From NCBI GenBank assembly GCA_027484655.1, contig JAIXSM010000002.1, forward strand, positions 18,249-82,248: a stretch of 64,000 bases of DNA, given 5' to 3'. The stretch is from Hyphomicrobiales bacterium (GTDB taxonomy: Bacteria > Pseudomonadota > Alphaproteobacteria > Rhizobiales > Beijerinckiaceae). The position numbers and the translations under genes are program-made. The notes under the pieces were generated by a model, which made no database searches, was not told the origin of the DNA, and saw only the letters and a list, made by a program, of their open reading frames with translations. Positions 28,401 through 37,691 of this stretch are shown piece after piece (the stretch's first letter is position 1; each line of letters opens with the position of its first letter).

Positions 28401-29213
28401 TTAGCGCCGCCCCTCTGCGGCGGCGTTCCGAAGGGCTGCGATGAGCGTCCCGTGCAGTCTGGCCGGCGCTGCGCCCAGCACGCCGTGGCGCGGCGTCGGG
28501 CGATTGTAGACCGGCTGTCGTGCCTCGAGGTCGGTCACCAGCCCACCGGCTTCCCGAACAATGAGATCGGCCGCCGCTATATCCCAATCCCACGCGTCGG
28601 TCGAGGCTATGCCGACGTCGATTTCGCCCGCCGCCACCCGCGCCAGCCGATAGGCGAGCGACGGAATCTTCGCTTCGCGAACAAATTCAAGGCCGTTGCG
28701 CGCGAGCTCGTCCAGAATGCGCGGTGGCCCGGCGACGCGCCCGCCGGTCAGCGCCTCGCGCCCGGATGCGGCGATGGGCCTCCCGTTGAGGAGCGCGCCC
28801 GCGCCGCGCACAGCCTCGAAGGTGAGCCCGGCCGCGGGCATGTGCAACACGCCGGCCACGGGCTGCCCGCCCTCCACCAGCGCCGCGGAGATCGCCCACC
28901 GCGGATCGCCGGAGATGAAGGCCCGGGTGCCGTCGATAGGGTCGACGATGAACAGGCGCTCGCGGCTCAGCCGGTCGGAATCGTCGGTCGTCTCCTCGGA
29001 GAGCCAGCCGGCGTCCGGCAGCAAGGCGCCCAGCCGATCACGCAGGAACCGGTCTACCGCGAAATCCGCCTCTGAAACCGGTGAGCTGCCGTTTTTCCAT
29101 TCGACGCGCGCATGCGTTTTGGCGCCGGCGCGGAACCAGTCGAGGGCTATCGCGCCAGCTTCAACAGCCGCGTGGCGGATGGATGGAAGAAGCTCCCCGA
29201 GGTCGGGTCGCAT
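28401..29213 (-). CDS. 3'(2'),5'-bisphosphate nucleotidase CysQ / inositol monophosphatase family
   Basis: PVSEAD, WLSEE, IVDPIDGTRAF, WDIAAA. Confidence 0.9.
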   Translation of the reverse strand: MRPDLGELLPSIRHAAVEAGAIALDWFRAGAKTHARVEWKNGSSPVSEADFAVDRFLRDRLGALLPDAGWLSEETTDDSDRLSRERLFIVDPIDGTRAFISGDPRWAISAALVEGGQPVAGVLHMPAAGLTFEAVRGAGALLNGRPIAASGREALTGGRVAGPPRILDELARNGLEFVREAKIPSLAYRLARVAAGEIDVGIASTDAWDWDIAAADLIVREAGGLVTDLEARQPVYNRPTPRHGVLGAAPARLHGTLIAALRNAAAEGRR

Positions 29214-29304
29214 GGGGTGAGGTCTCGCCGTTGCGCCTGATGGTGGTGGTAGCGGTCAGGGATCGAGGGGGCAAGCGGCGGGGCGGCCCGGCAATCCTGT
29301 GGCG

Positions 29305-29652
29305 TCAGCGGGTCCGGGGCGCGTCCGGGCGAGTGGCGGCGGCGGGCAGGCGAAGATGCGCGCGCCCGGCCTCATCCCCCGGCGCCACGCCCGCCGGCGC
29401 GTATCCGGGCTCCGGCGCGTAGGGAATCGGGGTCTGGCTCTCGTTCTGTTCGACGCGCAGCCGGCCGCGGATCTGGGCGCACTCACTCCCGCCGTGGACT
29501 GTGACATAACCAGAGCCATAAATCGCGCACGGGTTGGCCTGCGCCAGGCGCAAGCGCCCATCGCCGGGTCCGTCGTCCGCCGCCGCGCTCCAGAGGAGCC
29601 CAGTGGCGGCCAGACCGCGCAGCGTCGCCGTGCAGATGGAGGCTACGTTCAT
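29305..29652 (-). CDS. Small secreted protein carrying only the N-terminal Cys motif of alphaproteobacterial porins
   Basis: Signal-like N-terminus; NPCAIYGSGYVTVHGGSECAQIRGRLRVE resembles the Omp2b/RopA start C..YG.GF..IPG..TC..I.G.VR.E. Confidence 0.55.
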   Translation of the reverse strand: MNVASICTATLRGLAATGLLWSAAADDGPGDGRLRLAQANPCAIYGSGYVTVHGGSECAQIRGRLRVEQNESQTPIPYAPEPGYAPAGVAPGDEAGRAHLRLPAAATRPDAPRTR

Positions 29653-29789
29653 ATGACTATCCGAGCGAATCACCATTCGGTTATATCGCTCTTTGCTCAC
29701 GGCAGGATCATGGCGAAATCCACAAACCTTGTGGATGAAAGCTGTTGCGCCCGCCGTGGACCTGCCCGCCGATGACCTGCCCGCCGCCC

Positions 29790-30551
29790 TCAGCGCCAGT
29801 CGCCAACTGCGGCCTGAACGACCCCCAGCGCGGCCACAGCCGCGGTGTCCGCGCGCAGGATGCGGGGCCCGAGGGAGATGGCGATCACCGCGGGCATGGC
29901 GAGCAGCGTGCGCCGCTCGCCTTCGTCAAAGCCGCCTTCCGGGCCGACAAGCACGGCGACCGCGGCCCCGTCCCCGGTCCATGCGGCGCGCACGGCGCTG
30001 ACCGGGTCGCCGGGCGTCGCGTCCTCGTCGCAGAAAATCAGCCTCCGGTCCGCCGGCCAGTCCGCCAGCGCCTTGTCGAGGCGAACGGGTTCATCGACGG
30101 CGGGGATCGCCAGCACGCCGCATTGTTCGGCCGCCTCGATGGCGTTGGCCCGCATCCGCTCCGTGTTGACCCGGGTGGCCTGGGTGCGGCGGCTGATGAC
30201 TGGCGTGAGCCGTGAGGCGCCCATCTCCACCGCTTTTTGCACCATGTAATCCAGACGCGCGTGCTTGAGCGGCGCGAACAGATACTGGAGATCGCCGGCG
30301 GGGGGCTGGGGACGAACCTGCTCCCCGATGGCCAGTTCGGCGTCGCGGCGGCCTTTCGCGCTTACGTGCGCGCGCCACTCGCCATGCCGTCCGTTGAAGA
30401 CATGGATCGTCTCGCCGTCGCGAAGCCGCAGAACATTCAGGAGATAATTGGCTTGCTCGCGGCTCGTTGCGACCATCGCGCCGCTGGCGAGGTCGGCGTC
30501 GATGTAGAGTCTCTGGGCGGTGAAGTCGTACTGGGCCAAAGTGTCGTCCAT
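29790..30551 (-). CDS. rsmE: 16S rRNA (uracil1498-N3)-methyltransferase
   Basis: NYLLNVLRL, YMVQKAVEMG, EAAEQC, LVGPEGGF, SLGPRILRADTA. Confidence 0.96.
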   Translation of the reverse strand: MDDTLAQYDFTAQRLYIDADLASGAMVATSREQANYLLNVLRLRDGETIHVFNGRHGEWRAHVSAKGRRDAELAIGEQVRPQPPAGDLQYLFAPLKHARLDYMVQKAVEMGASRLTPVISRRTQATRVNTERMRANAIEAAEQCGVLAIPAVDEPVRLDKALADWPADRRLIFCDEDATPGDPVSAVRAAWTGDGAAVAVLVGPEGGFDEGERRTLLAMPAVIAISLGPRILRADTAAVAALGVVQAAVGDWR

Positions 30552-30775
30552 TCCTGCGAATCGCACCCGACAATGGCAGAGCGCGCACGCCCGCGCATGG
30601 GGGCTGTTGCGGGGCGTGATCCGGCAGGCGTGAGCTTTACAAGGTGCGATGAAGCGCTTGCGGAGCGCAAGCCGGCCTTGTTAAGAGTTCCTCGCCTCGC
30701 CCGAGGGGGGCGTGCGCGGGGCTTGAGCCCTATCCTGAAAGGGTGACCGAGATGATCGAACGCGCCGTCGCAGGA

Positions 30776-31201
30776 ATGACAACCCCTATTCGAGCCGGCG
30801 TGCGTGCTGCGCTCGTCGTCGCCGCGCTCGCCGCAGGGGCCTCTACCGCGCTTGCCCAGAGCTGCAACGATGACATTGGCGGCTTTCAGGAGCGGCGCAA
30901 CGTGCATCTTGAAGCGCTGAACAAGATGACGAAGGCGAACCAGGGCAAGCTGGATCCGGCCGCCTCGTGCCCGCGGTTGCGCAATCTCGCCACCATTGAG
31001 CGCGAGATGCTGGCCTACATGCAGAAAAACCAGTCCTGGTGCTCTATTCCCGAGCAGATCATCGAGCAGGTGAAAGCCGGCGCGACCCGTACAGCCGAGG
31101 TCGCGGGCCAGGCCTGCAAGATTGCGGCGCAGGCGCGTCAGCAGCAGTCGGGCGGCCCCTTGGCCCCGGCTGCCCCGGCTCTTCCCCGAGGGCCGTTGTG
31201 A
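30776..31201 (+). CDS. Hypothetical secreted protein with four cysteines
   Basis: Signal peptide ending ALA-QSC; stop overlaps the ubiA start. Confidence 0.75.
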   Translation: MTTPIRAGVRAALVVAALAAGASTALAQSCNDDIGGFQERRNVHLEALNKMTKANQGKLDPAASCPRLRNLATIEREMLAYMQKNQSWCSIPEQIIEQVKAGATRTAEVAGQACKIAAQARQQQSGGPLAPAAPALPRGPL

Positions 31202-32151
31202 GCGAAGCGGGCGCGCGGGACGCCCCGCCGCCCGCGCTGCCGGACGCCGTCGCGCCCAACGCCCTCGTTCGGGCCCTGCCAGCCGCCTGGATCCCCTACG
31301 TTCAGCTAGCCCGCATTGATCGCCCCGTTGGCTGGCAACTGCTCCTGCTGCCGTGCTGGTGGTCCGACGCGCTGGCTGGCGTCGCGGCGGGTCGCGGGCC
31401 TTTCTGGTCCCACATTTTCCTGTTTCTTATCGGCGCCGTCGCCATGCGCGGGGCGGGCTCCGCCTGGAACGATCTCGTGGATCGCAAGATCGACGCGCAG
31501 GTGGAGCGCACCCGTCACCGGCCCATCGCCTCGGGGCGGGTGACGCCCGTGCAGGCGCTCGCCTTCGCAGGCGCCTTGTCGCTCATCGGCGCGGCGGTGC
31601 TGCTGTCGTTCAACTGGTTCGCCGTGGGGGTGGGTCTGGCGTCCCTTCTGGTGGTCGCGGTGTACCCCTTCGCCAAGCGTTTCACCTTCTGGCCGCAGGC
31701 GGTGCTGGGGCTTGCTTTTGCGTGGGGCGGCCTGATGGGGTGGGCGTCGGCCTTCGGGTCGCTCGCGCCTGCGGCGCTGCTGATTTATGCGTGCGCGATC
31801 TTCTGGACCATCGGCTACGACACGATTTACGCCCTTCAGGACGCGCGGGACGACGCCATCGTGGGGGTGCGCTCCACGGCCCGCCTGTTCGGCGACAACG
31901 TGCGCGCGGGCGTTGGTTGCTTCTACGGTCTTGCAGTTGTTGCGGCGGGTTCGGCGGTCGCCCTTGCAGGGGGCGGCGCGCTGGCTTTCGCCGGAGTGTT
32001 CGCCTTCGCCGCGCACCTGAGCTGGCAAGTGATGGTCGTGCGGCCCGGCGATCCCAAGCTTGCGCTGCGGCTGTTCCGCGCCAACCGCGACGCAGGGTTG
32101 CTGCTGTTTGCGGGCCTCGCTGCGGATGGATTGGCGAAGTCGCTGGGCTGA
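31198..32151 (+). CDS. ubiA: 4-hydroxybenzoate polyprenyltransferase
   Basis: LARIDRPVGWQLLL.P, NDLVDRKIDAQVERTRHRPIASG, YPFAKR, YDTIYALQD..DD. Confidence 0.96.
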   Translation: MSEAGARDAPPPALPDAVAPNALVRALPAAWIPYVQLARIDRPVGWQLLLLPCWWSDALAGVAAGRGPFWSHIFLFLIGAVAMRGAGSAWNDLVDRKIDAQVERTRHRPIASGRVTPVQALAFAGALSLIGAAVLLSFNWFAVGVGLASLLVVAVYPFAKRFTFWPQAVLGLAFAWGGLMGWASAFGSLAPAALLIYACAIFWTIGYDTIYALQDARDDAIVGVRSTARLFGDNVRAGVGCFYGLAVVAAGSAVALAGGGALAFAGVFAFAAHLSWQVMVVRPGDPKLALRLFRANRDAGLLLFAGLAADGLAKSLG

Positions 32152-32160
32152 GTTTCTTGT

Positions 32161-32688
32161 CTACTCGTAGCAAATGATCTCGCGTTCGCCCTTGTGCGAG
32201 ACCGCGTCGGAAATCTCGCCCCCGACGCGGCGGCGGCGCTGAAACCGGCCCCTGCTGCGCTTCGTCGCCACGCCTTGCGCGCGCCGGCCGCGATGCTCGC
32301 CGTGCGTCTGGGGGGCAAACCGCTGGAGCCGTCCATCCGGCCGGGCGACGAAGAGCGGCACGCTGAGATGTTTCGCCCACGCGCGCCACATGGCGAGGGC
32401 TTCCGGTTCCTCGAACGTCTCGTGCAGAGCCACGTCGAGATCGCCGTCCGCATGGCGCAGGGTGATCGTGTAGCAGAGCCGTCCGCTTGAGAGCGCCTGC
32501 AATTCCAGCACGATCCCGCGATAGGCTTGGGTCGGCACGCGGATCTTCATGCGCACGCCCCGCAGGCGCCGTCCGATGGTCACCTCACCCGGCGTGAGCG
32601 TCACATCCCGTTCGCCGCCGTCAGCGCGGGGGTCGCGGTAGGCGGCCGCGCTGCGCGGCGCTTCGATGGGCTGAAAAGCAGGCTGCAT
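32161..32688 (-). CDS. DUF6101-like protein
   Basis: V.I.R.LRGV.M.I.VP..AYRG...L.H.D.DL.V.L; C-terminal RR.GRF..RRRVG; usual position next to ubiA. Confidence 0.7.
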   Translation of the reverse strand: MQPAFQPIEAPRSAAAYRDPRADGGERDVTLTPGEVTIGRRLRGVRMKIRVPTQAYRGIVLELQALSSGRLCYTITLRHADGDLDVALHETFEEPEALAMWRAWAKHLSVPLFVARPDGRLQRFAPQTHGEHRGRRAQGVATKRSRGRFQRRRRVGGEISDAVSHKGEREIICYE

Positions 32689-32836
32689 CTGTCGTCCCTG
32701 TGTGCGCGGGTGTTCCCGTCATGGGCGCATCATGGGACGGCGGGGCGGCAAGAGCCCTAACCGGGCTGGTTAACATGCTCTGAAAGTGGGGGTTTTACGA
32801 CTGTTTCGGCGCGCGTGGTCGATGCGTCCTCACCCG

Positions 32837-32858
32837 ATTGCATCAAATTTGACGCAAT
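32837..32858. promoter_or_regulatory. 22-bp near-perfect palindrome (operator or hairpin)
   Basis: ATTGCATCAAA-TTTGACGCAAT, one mismatch. Confidence 0.35.
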
Positions 32859-32859
32859 C

Positions 32860-34239
32860 TCACATGCGGCAGTGGCGCAGCGCTGGCTGGGCGCTTTCGC
32901 CCCACTCTCCGCGATAGAGCGTCAGCAGATCCTGCGCGCCGGTGCTCCCGCGCTCCACCCGGTCTTCGAGGATGTCCAGGTGGCGACCTTCATCGCGCCC
33001 GGCGGCGTCCTTGCGGCCGCGGCGCGCGAGGCCGGCGCGGGAGATCGCAAGCGCGTCGCGGGCGACATCGCGGGCGCTGCGCCCGGCGATCACTGCATCG
33101 AAGCCGAGGCGAGGCACGTCGTCGCGAAGGACTTGCCGTTCTTCCGCAGTCCAGTCTTTCACCAACTCCCAGGCGGCGTCGAGCGCCGCATTGTCATACA
33201 GGAGGCCGACGAAAAATGCGGGCAGGGCGAGGGTGTGCGCGACGGAGCCGGCGTCGGCGCCGCGCATCTCCAGATAGCGCTTCATGCGCACTTCCGGAAA
33301 AATCGTCGAGATGTGGTTCGCCCAGTCGGACATGGTCGCGCGTTCGCCCGGCAGCGCGGCGAGGCGCCCCGCCAGCAAGTCGCGGAAATTGGCGCCCGCC
33401 ACGTCGTGGTACGTCGCGCCCCGTTTGACGAAATACATGGGCACCTGAAGCACCCAGTCCACGTATCGCTCGAAGCCGAACCCATCCTCGAACACGAATG
33501 GCGTCATGCCTGCGCGATTGTTGTCCGTGTCGCGCCAGATCTCCGAGCGCGCGGACAAGAGGCCGTTCGGCTTGCCGTCTGTGAACGGGGAGTTTGCGAA
33601 CAGCGCGGTGGTGATGGGCTGAAGCGCGATGGAGGCGCGCAGCTTGCGCACCATGTCCGCTTCCGACGTGAAATCGACGTTCACCTGCACAGTGCAGGTG
33701 CGGTACATCATATCGAGCCCGCGCGAGCCCACCTTCGGCATGTAAGCCGTCATGATGCGATAGCGGCTCTTGGGCATTCGCGGCGTTTCGTTGAGGCTCC
33801 ACATGGGGCTCATGCCCAGCCCCGCGAACGCGATGCCGTGCTCGGCGGCGACCGCGTTGACGAGATCGAGGTGCGCGGTCAGCTCGCCCTCTGTTTCGTG
33901 CACGTTGTCGAGCGGCGCGCCGGAGAGTTCGAACTGGCCGCCGGGTTCAAGCGAGATGGCGCCGCCGCCTTTCGTATCGAACAGGCCGATCAGCGCGCCC
34001 GAATCCTCGATCGCCTCCCAGCCCGTGCGCACCCGCACGCCCTCCAGAAGGGCGCCGATGCCGCCGCGCCCGTTGCGCCCCTCATAAGGGACGGGAGACA
34101 TATCATTGACGTAGTAGGGGAATTTCTCGTGCTCTGTTCCAAGCTTGAGTGCGCCGTCCCGCTTGCACCCCGCTTCCAGCCAGGCGACCAGTTCGTCGCG
34201 GGAGGTGACGGGGGTGGTGTCGGTGACGTCGCGCGCCAT
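32860..34239 (-). CDS. gshA: Glutamate--cysteine ligase (alphaproteobacterial/plant type)
   Basis: GTEHEKF, ISLEPGGQFELSGAP, MPKSRY.IM, MMYRTCTVQVN, LFANSPF, YLEMRGAD. Confidence 0.97.
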   Translation of the reverse strand: MARDVTDTTPVTSRDELVAWLEAGCKRDGALKLGTEHEKFPYYVNDMSPVPYEGRNGRGGIGALLEGVRVRTGWEAIEDSGALIGLFDTKGGGAISLEPGGQFELSGAPLDNVHETEGELTAHLDLVNAVAAEHGIAFAGLGMSPMWSLNETPRMPKSRYRIMTAYMPKVGSRGLDMMYRTCTVQVNVDFTSEADMVRKLRASIALQPITTALFANSPFTDGKPNGLLSARSEIWRDTDNNRAGMTPFVFEDGFGFERYVDWVLQVPMYFVKRGATYHDVAGANFRDLLAGRLAALPGERATMSDWANHISTIFPEVRMKRYLEMRGADAGSVAHTLALPAFFVGLLYDNAALDAAWELVKDWTAEERQVLRDDVPRLGFDAVIAGRSARDVARDALAISRAGLARRGRKDAAGRDEGRHLDILEDRVERGSTGAQDLLTLYRGEWGESAQPALRHCRM

Positions 34240-34317
34240 GGATGCTTCACAAGCTTTCGAACACAGAAGTCTGCGTTTCTCATAGGCCGTGGGCGCCCTC
34301 GAGGCAAATCGCCGCCT

Positions 34318-35685
34318 TCAGCCCCCGTGCGCAGGGGCGCGGCGGGCGATCCGGCCCGTGACGTAGAACGCCGTGACCATTGCGCCCGCGCCGAAGAACG
34401 CCGCGCCGATGGCCATGCCCAGCAACCCGCCTTCCGGCCCGCCCCAGCTGGCGCCCAGCGAGACGAACGGGATTGTGCCAATCGTTGCGCGCCCCCAGTT
34501 GAACAGCGTCGACAGGAAGGCGTACCCAAGGTTGTTGAACGAGGCGTTGGCCACGAAAAGCCCGCCGAGGAAAATCCATTGCAGGCCGCCGATGAGGCAG
34601 AAAAAAACAATGAGATCGGCGGTCGCGCCTTCGGCTGCGAACATACGAACCAGCAGGGGCGAGCCGAGCCACAGGATCAGCCACATGGCGAGCGAGTAGC
34701 CTGCCACCAGCGTCAGGCTGTCTCGTAGCGTGCGCGTGATGCGCGGGTAGAGCCCGGCTCCCAGATTCTGGCCGATGATCGGTCCGATGGAGCCTGACAA
34801 CGCGAACAGCACCCCGAAAGCCACGGGCACCAGCCTGTCGATGATCGCGAAGGCGGCGACCACCGGCTCGCCGAACTCCGCGAAGATCCGCAAGGCGTAG
34901 GCGGTGGAGACGGGCGCCGCGAGATTGGTGGCGATGGCTGGCGCCGCGATGCCCATCAGCGGGCGCAGGTCGGCGATGGCGTGCGCGATTCGCGGACGAC
35001 CGATAAGGTCATGCACGCTCACAGCGCCCCAGAGTCCGACGACGGCGAACACCGTCCGCGACACGACCGTGGCAATGGCGGCCCCCGGCACGCCCAGCCC
35101 CGCGCCGAAGATCAACAGCGGGTCGAGGACGGCGATCACCGCCGCGCCCCACAGGGTGACGTACATCGACCTCTTGGCGTCGCCCACCGAGCGCAGCGCG
35201 CCCGAGAGCGCCATGCCGATCGCCATCATCACGTTGGCGGGCATGGTGATGAGCAGGAACGTGTCCGCCACGTCCAGCGTGTGCCCGCTTGCGCCAAACA
35301 GCGCCAGTATCTCCCGCCGGAATGGCAGCGCCACGATGACGATGCCGCCGGCGATGACGACCGTGAGGATGAGTCCCGACGCGCAGTAGCGGCGCGCGCG
35401 CTCGCGATTTCCCGCGCCCAGATCGCGCGCCATGAGGGCCGATATGGCGATACTGAGCCCGATGTTCACCGAAATGAGGAAAAACGACACCTGCGCCGCA
35501 AAGCCAACGGCCGCGGTGAGTTGGGCATCGCCCAGCCAAGAGATGTAAATCAGCGTCAGGAGATCCACGAGAAAGATCGCCATCAGGCCAATGGAGCCCG
35601 TCGCGGTCATCACGACCACGTGGCGCATGATCGAGCCTTCGGTGAAGACGCCACGGTGGCGCGAGGCGGAGGCGGGGGCGTTCAT
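34318..35685 (-). CDS. MATE-family efflux transporter
   Basis: About 12 TM segments, LRSVGDAK, LDPLLIFG.GLGV.GAAIAT, GQNLGAG. Confidence 0.92.
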   Translation of the reverse strand: MNAPASASRHRGVFTEGSIMRHVVVMTATGSIGLMAIFLVDLLTLIYISWLGDAQLTAAVGFAAQVSFFLISVNIGLSIAISALMARDLGAGNRERARRYCASGLILTVVIAGGIVIVALPFRREILALFGASGHTLDVADTFLLITMPANVMMAIGMALSGALRSVGDAKRSMYVTLWGAAVIAVLDPLLIFGAGLGVPGAAIATVVSRTVFAVVGLWGAVSVHDLIGRPRIAHAIADLRPLMGIAAPAIATNLAAPVSTAYALRIFAEFGEPVVAAFAIIDRLVPVAFGVLFALSGSIGPIIGQNLGAGLYPRITRTLRDSLTLVAGYSLAMWLILWLGSPLLVRMFAAEGATADLIVFFCLIGGLQWIFLGGLFVANASFNNLGYAFLSTLFNWGRATIGTIPFVSLGASWGGPEGGLLGMAIGAAFFGAGAMVTAFYVTGRIARRAPAHGG

Positions 35686-35914
35686 CAGGCGTCCTTACGG
35701 GGTGCAGCGGCCACAGGCGCCGGAGCCGCTGCGAGCGCCGCGGCGATGGGAACGGGGAAGGGGGAGCGGATCGCTCCCTGATCGGGTCGAAGTGGCATAG
35801 GGCTCATCGCGGAGGCATCGACCATAGCGATAAAGGCGGCGATTGCGAGCCCGGTTGACGCTCGTCGGCCAGCTGCGCCTTGACACCCGCACGCCCGCGG
35901 CCCCATGCAGGGGC

Positions 35915-36871
35915 ATGTCTCCGAGGCCGCCGCTCCAAATCCTGCTGTGCGCGCCGCGCGGTTTCTGCGCGGGCGTGGTTCGCGCCATCGACGTTGTCGA
36001 GAAGGCGCTTGAGCGCTACGGCGCGCCTGTCTACGTGCGCCATGAGATCGTCCACAACAAGTATGTGGTCGAGAGTCTGCGCGCCAAGGGCGCCGTCTTT
36101 ATCGACGAGCTTGAGGAAGCGCCGGATACGAGCGCGCCTGTGATCTTCTCCGCTCACGGCGTGCCGAAGGCCGTTCCGGAAGGCGCCCGGCAGCGCAATC
36201 TCTTCACCATCGACGCCACATGCCCGCTGGTGACCAAGGTCCACCGCGAGGCCGAGATCCACCATCGGCGGGGACGCACCATCGTTCTCATCGGTCACGC
36301 CGGCCACCCCGAGGTGATCGGCACCATGGGCCAGCTGCCTGACGGCGCCGTGCTCCTTGTGGAGACGGTCGAGGACGTGGAGCGGCTCGCTCCCGCCGAT
36401 CCGCAAAATCTGGCGTGGTGCTCCCAGACGACCCTTTCGGTCGATGACACCCGGGCCATCGTCGAGGCGTTGGGGCGGCGGTTCCCATCCATCGTCGGGC
36501 CCCACAAGGATGACATCTGCTACGCCACCACGAACCGTCAGGAGGCGGTGAAGGCGGTCGCCCCCAAGGTGGACGCGGTCATCGTGGTGGGCGCGCCCAA
36601 CTCGTCCAATTCTCAACGTTTGCGCGAGGTTGCGCTTCAGGCCGGGTGTCCCCGCGCGCAACTGGTCCAGCGGGCGGGCGACATCGACTTCGCGGCCCTT
36701 GAGGGCGTCCGGTCCCTTGGCCTCACGGCGGGCGCTTCCGCGCCGGAAATCCTGGTGGACGAGATGATCGCCGCCTTCCGGGAACGGTTCGATGTGACGA
36801 TCGAGACGGTCGTCACCGCGACGGAGGATGTGCATTTTCCCCTGCCGCGGGAATTGCGCACGCGGGTGTGA
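35915..36871 (+). CDS. ispH: 4-hydroxy-3-methylbut-2-enyl diphosphate reductase
   Basis: [56 protein letters not shown]. Confidence 0.98.
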   Translation: MSPRPPLQILLCAPRGFCAGVVRAIDVVEKALERYGAPVYVRHEIVHNKYVVESLRAKGAVFIDELEEAPDTSAPVIFSAHGVPKAVPEGARQRNLFTIDATCPLVTKVHREAEIHHRRGRTIVLIGHAGHPEVIGTMGQLPDGAVLLVETVEDVERLAPADPQNLAWCSQTTLSVDDTRAIVEALGRRFPSIVGPHKDDICYATTNRQEAVKAVAPKVDAVIVVGAPNSSNSQRLREVALQAGCPRAQLVQRAGDIDFAALEGVRSLGLTAGASAPEILVDEMIAAFRERFDVTIETVVTATEDVHFPLPRELRTRV

Positions 36872-36877
36872 GGGGAA

Positions 36878-36923
36878 GCGCGCCTGACAAGGTCTTGACA
36901 AGGCGCGCACGATAGGTGACGTT
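36878..36923 (+). promoter_or_regulatory. Putative sigma70 promoter with overlapping repeats upstream of the NYN gene
   Basis: CTTGACA (TTGACA 36895-36900), 17-nt spacer, GACGTT; TGACAAGG twice at 11-bp period, flanked by inverted GCGCGCCT/AGGCGCGC. Confidence 0.5.
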
Positions 36924-36929
36924 CAAGCA

Positions 36930-37002
36930 TCTTGCCGCTCGTTTTACGGGCGATTATTCTCAGGCTCCACTCCGCTGATGCGGGGTGGAGTTTTGTTTTT
37001 CT
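36930..37002 (+). ncRNA. Candidate short structured leader/antitoxin RNA
   Basis: Hairpin CGCTCGT-TTT-ACGGGCG, linker ATTATTCTCA, then the terminator hairpin; no ORF. Confidence 0.45.
36963..37002 (+). terminator. Strong intrinsic terminator directly upstream of the NYN ORF
   Basis: 13-bp stem GGCTCCACTCCGC-TGAT-GCGGGGTGGAGTT followed by TTGTTTTTCT. Confidence 0.8.
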
Positions 37003-37028
37003 AGTTATTTCAATCAGAAGATCCGGAT

Positions 37029-37613
37029 ATGCGAACGTCCATTTTGATCGATGGTGGGCACTTGCGGGCCTGTGCGCGGAAAGCCGGCAAAGTCTACGAC
37101 AATGCCCTGATCACATCGTTTGCGGCAGGTTGCGCCGCCCCCGACGAGTACCTCTTTCGGGTCTTGTACTACGACTCGCCTCTGTTCCGCGGCTCTGTGC
37201 AATTGCCTGTTTCAGGCCAGACGAAGACCTTCCAGGCAAGCGACAGATGGCTTCTTGAGCTTGCTCGCCACGAACGATTTGCGGTGAGGCGGGGAACGCT
37301 CGCCTTCCGGGGCTGGAAACCGAAGACGTCGCCAATTGCCGGGCATGTGCTCGCTGACGAGGATTTTTCGCCTGTGTTCGAGCAAAAGGGCGTGGATATG
37401 CGCCTTGGCCTCGACATCGCCACGATGTCGGATCAGCGGACAGTGGAGCGCATCATTCTTGTTTCAGGCGATACCGACATGATTCCGGCGATGAAGCACG
37501 CCCGCAAGGCTGGCCTTGAAGTCGTAATCGCCCAACTTCCGCCCCCTGCTGAGCCGGTTCATGATAGCCTGCTGGTTCATGCAGACGCGCAAAGATCCGT
37601 GGCTTGGCCCTGA
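37029..37613 (+). CDS. NYN-domain (PIN-like, LabA/DUF88) ribonuclease
   Basis: ILIDGG, LYYD, EQKGVDMRLGLDIA, LVSGDTDMIPAMKHARKAG; acidic catalytic residues present. Confidence 0.92.
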   Translation: MRTSILIDGGHLRACARKAGKVYDNALITSFAAGCAAPDEYLFRVLYYDSPLFRGSVQLPVSGQTKTFQASDRWLLELARHERFAVRRGTLAFRGWKPKTSPIAGHVLADEDFSPVFEQKGVDMRLGLDIATMSDQRTVERIILVSGDTDMIPAMKHARKAGLEVVIAQLPPPAEPVHDSLLVHADAQRSVAWP

Positions 37614-37691
37614 GGATGCTTGCCCGCCCACCCGCCGTTTGACCCGCCGCCGGCCCATGGCTAACACGGGCAATCCGCGCGGAATCACGTT

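Noticed and set aside
32757-32774. CtrA box upstream of the DUF6101-like gene
   Set aside because: TTAA and TTAG are 9 nt apart rather than 7; only a TTAACCA half-site remains, too weak to call.
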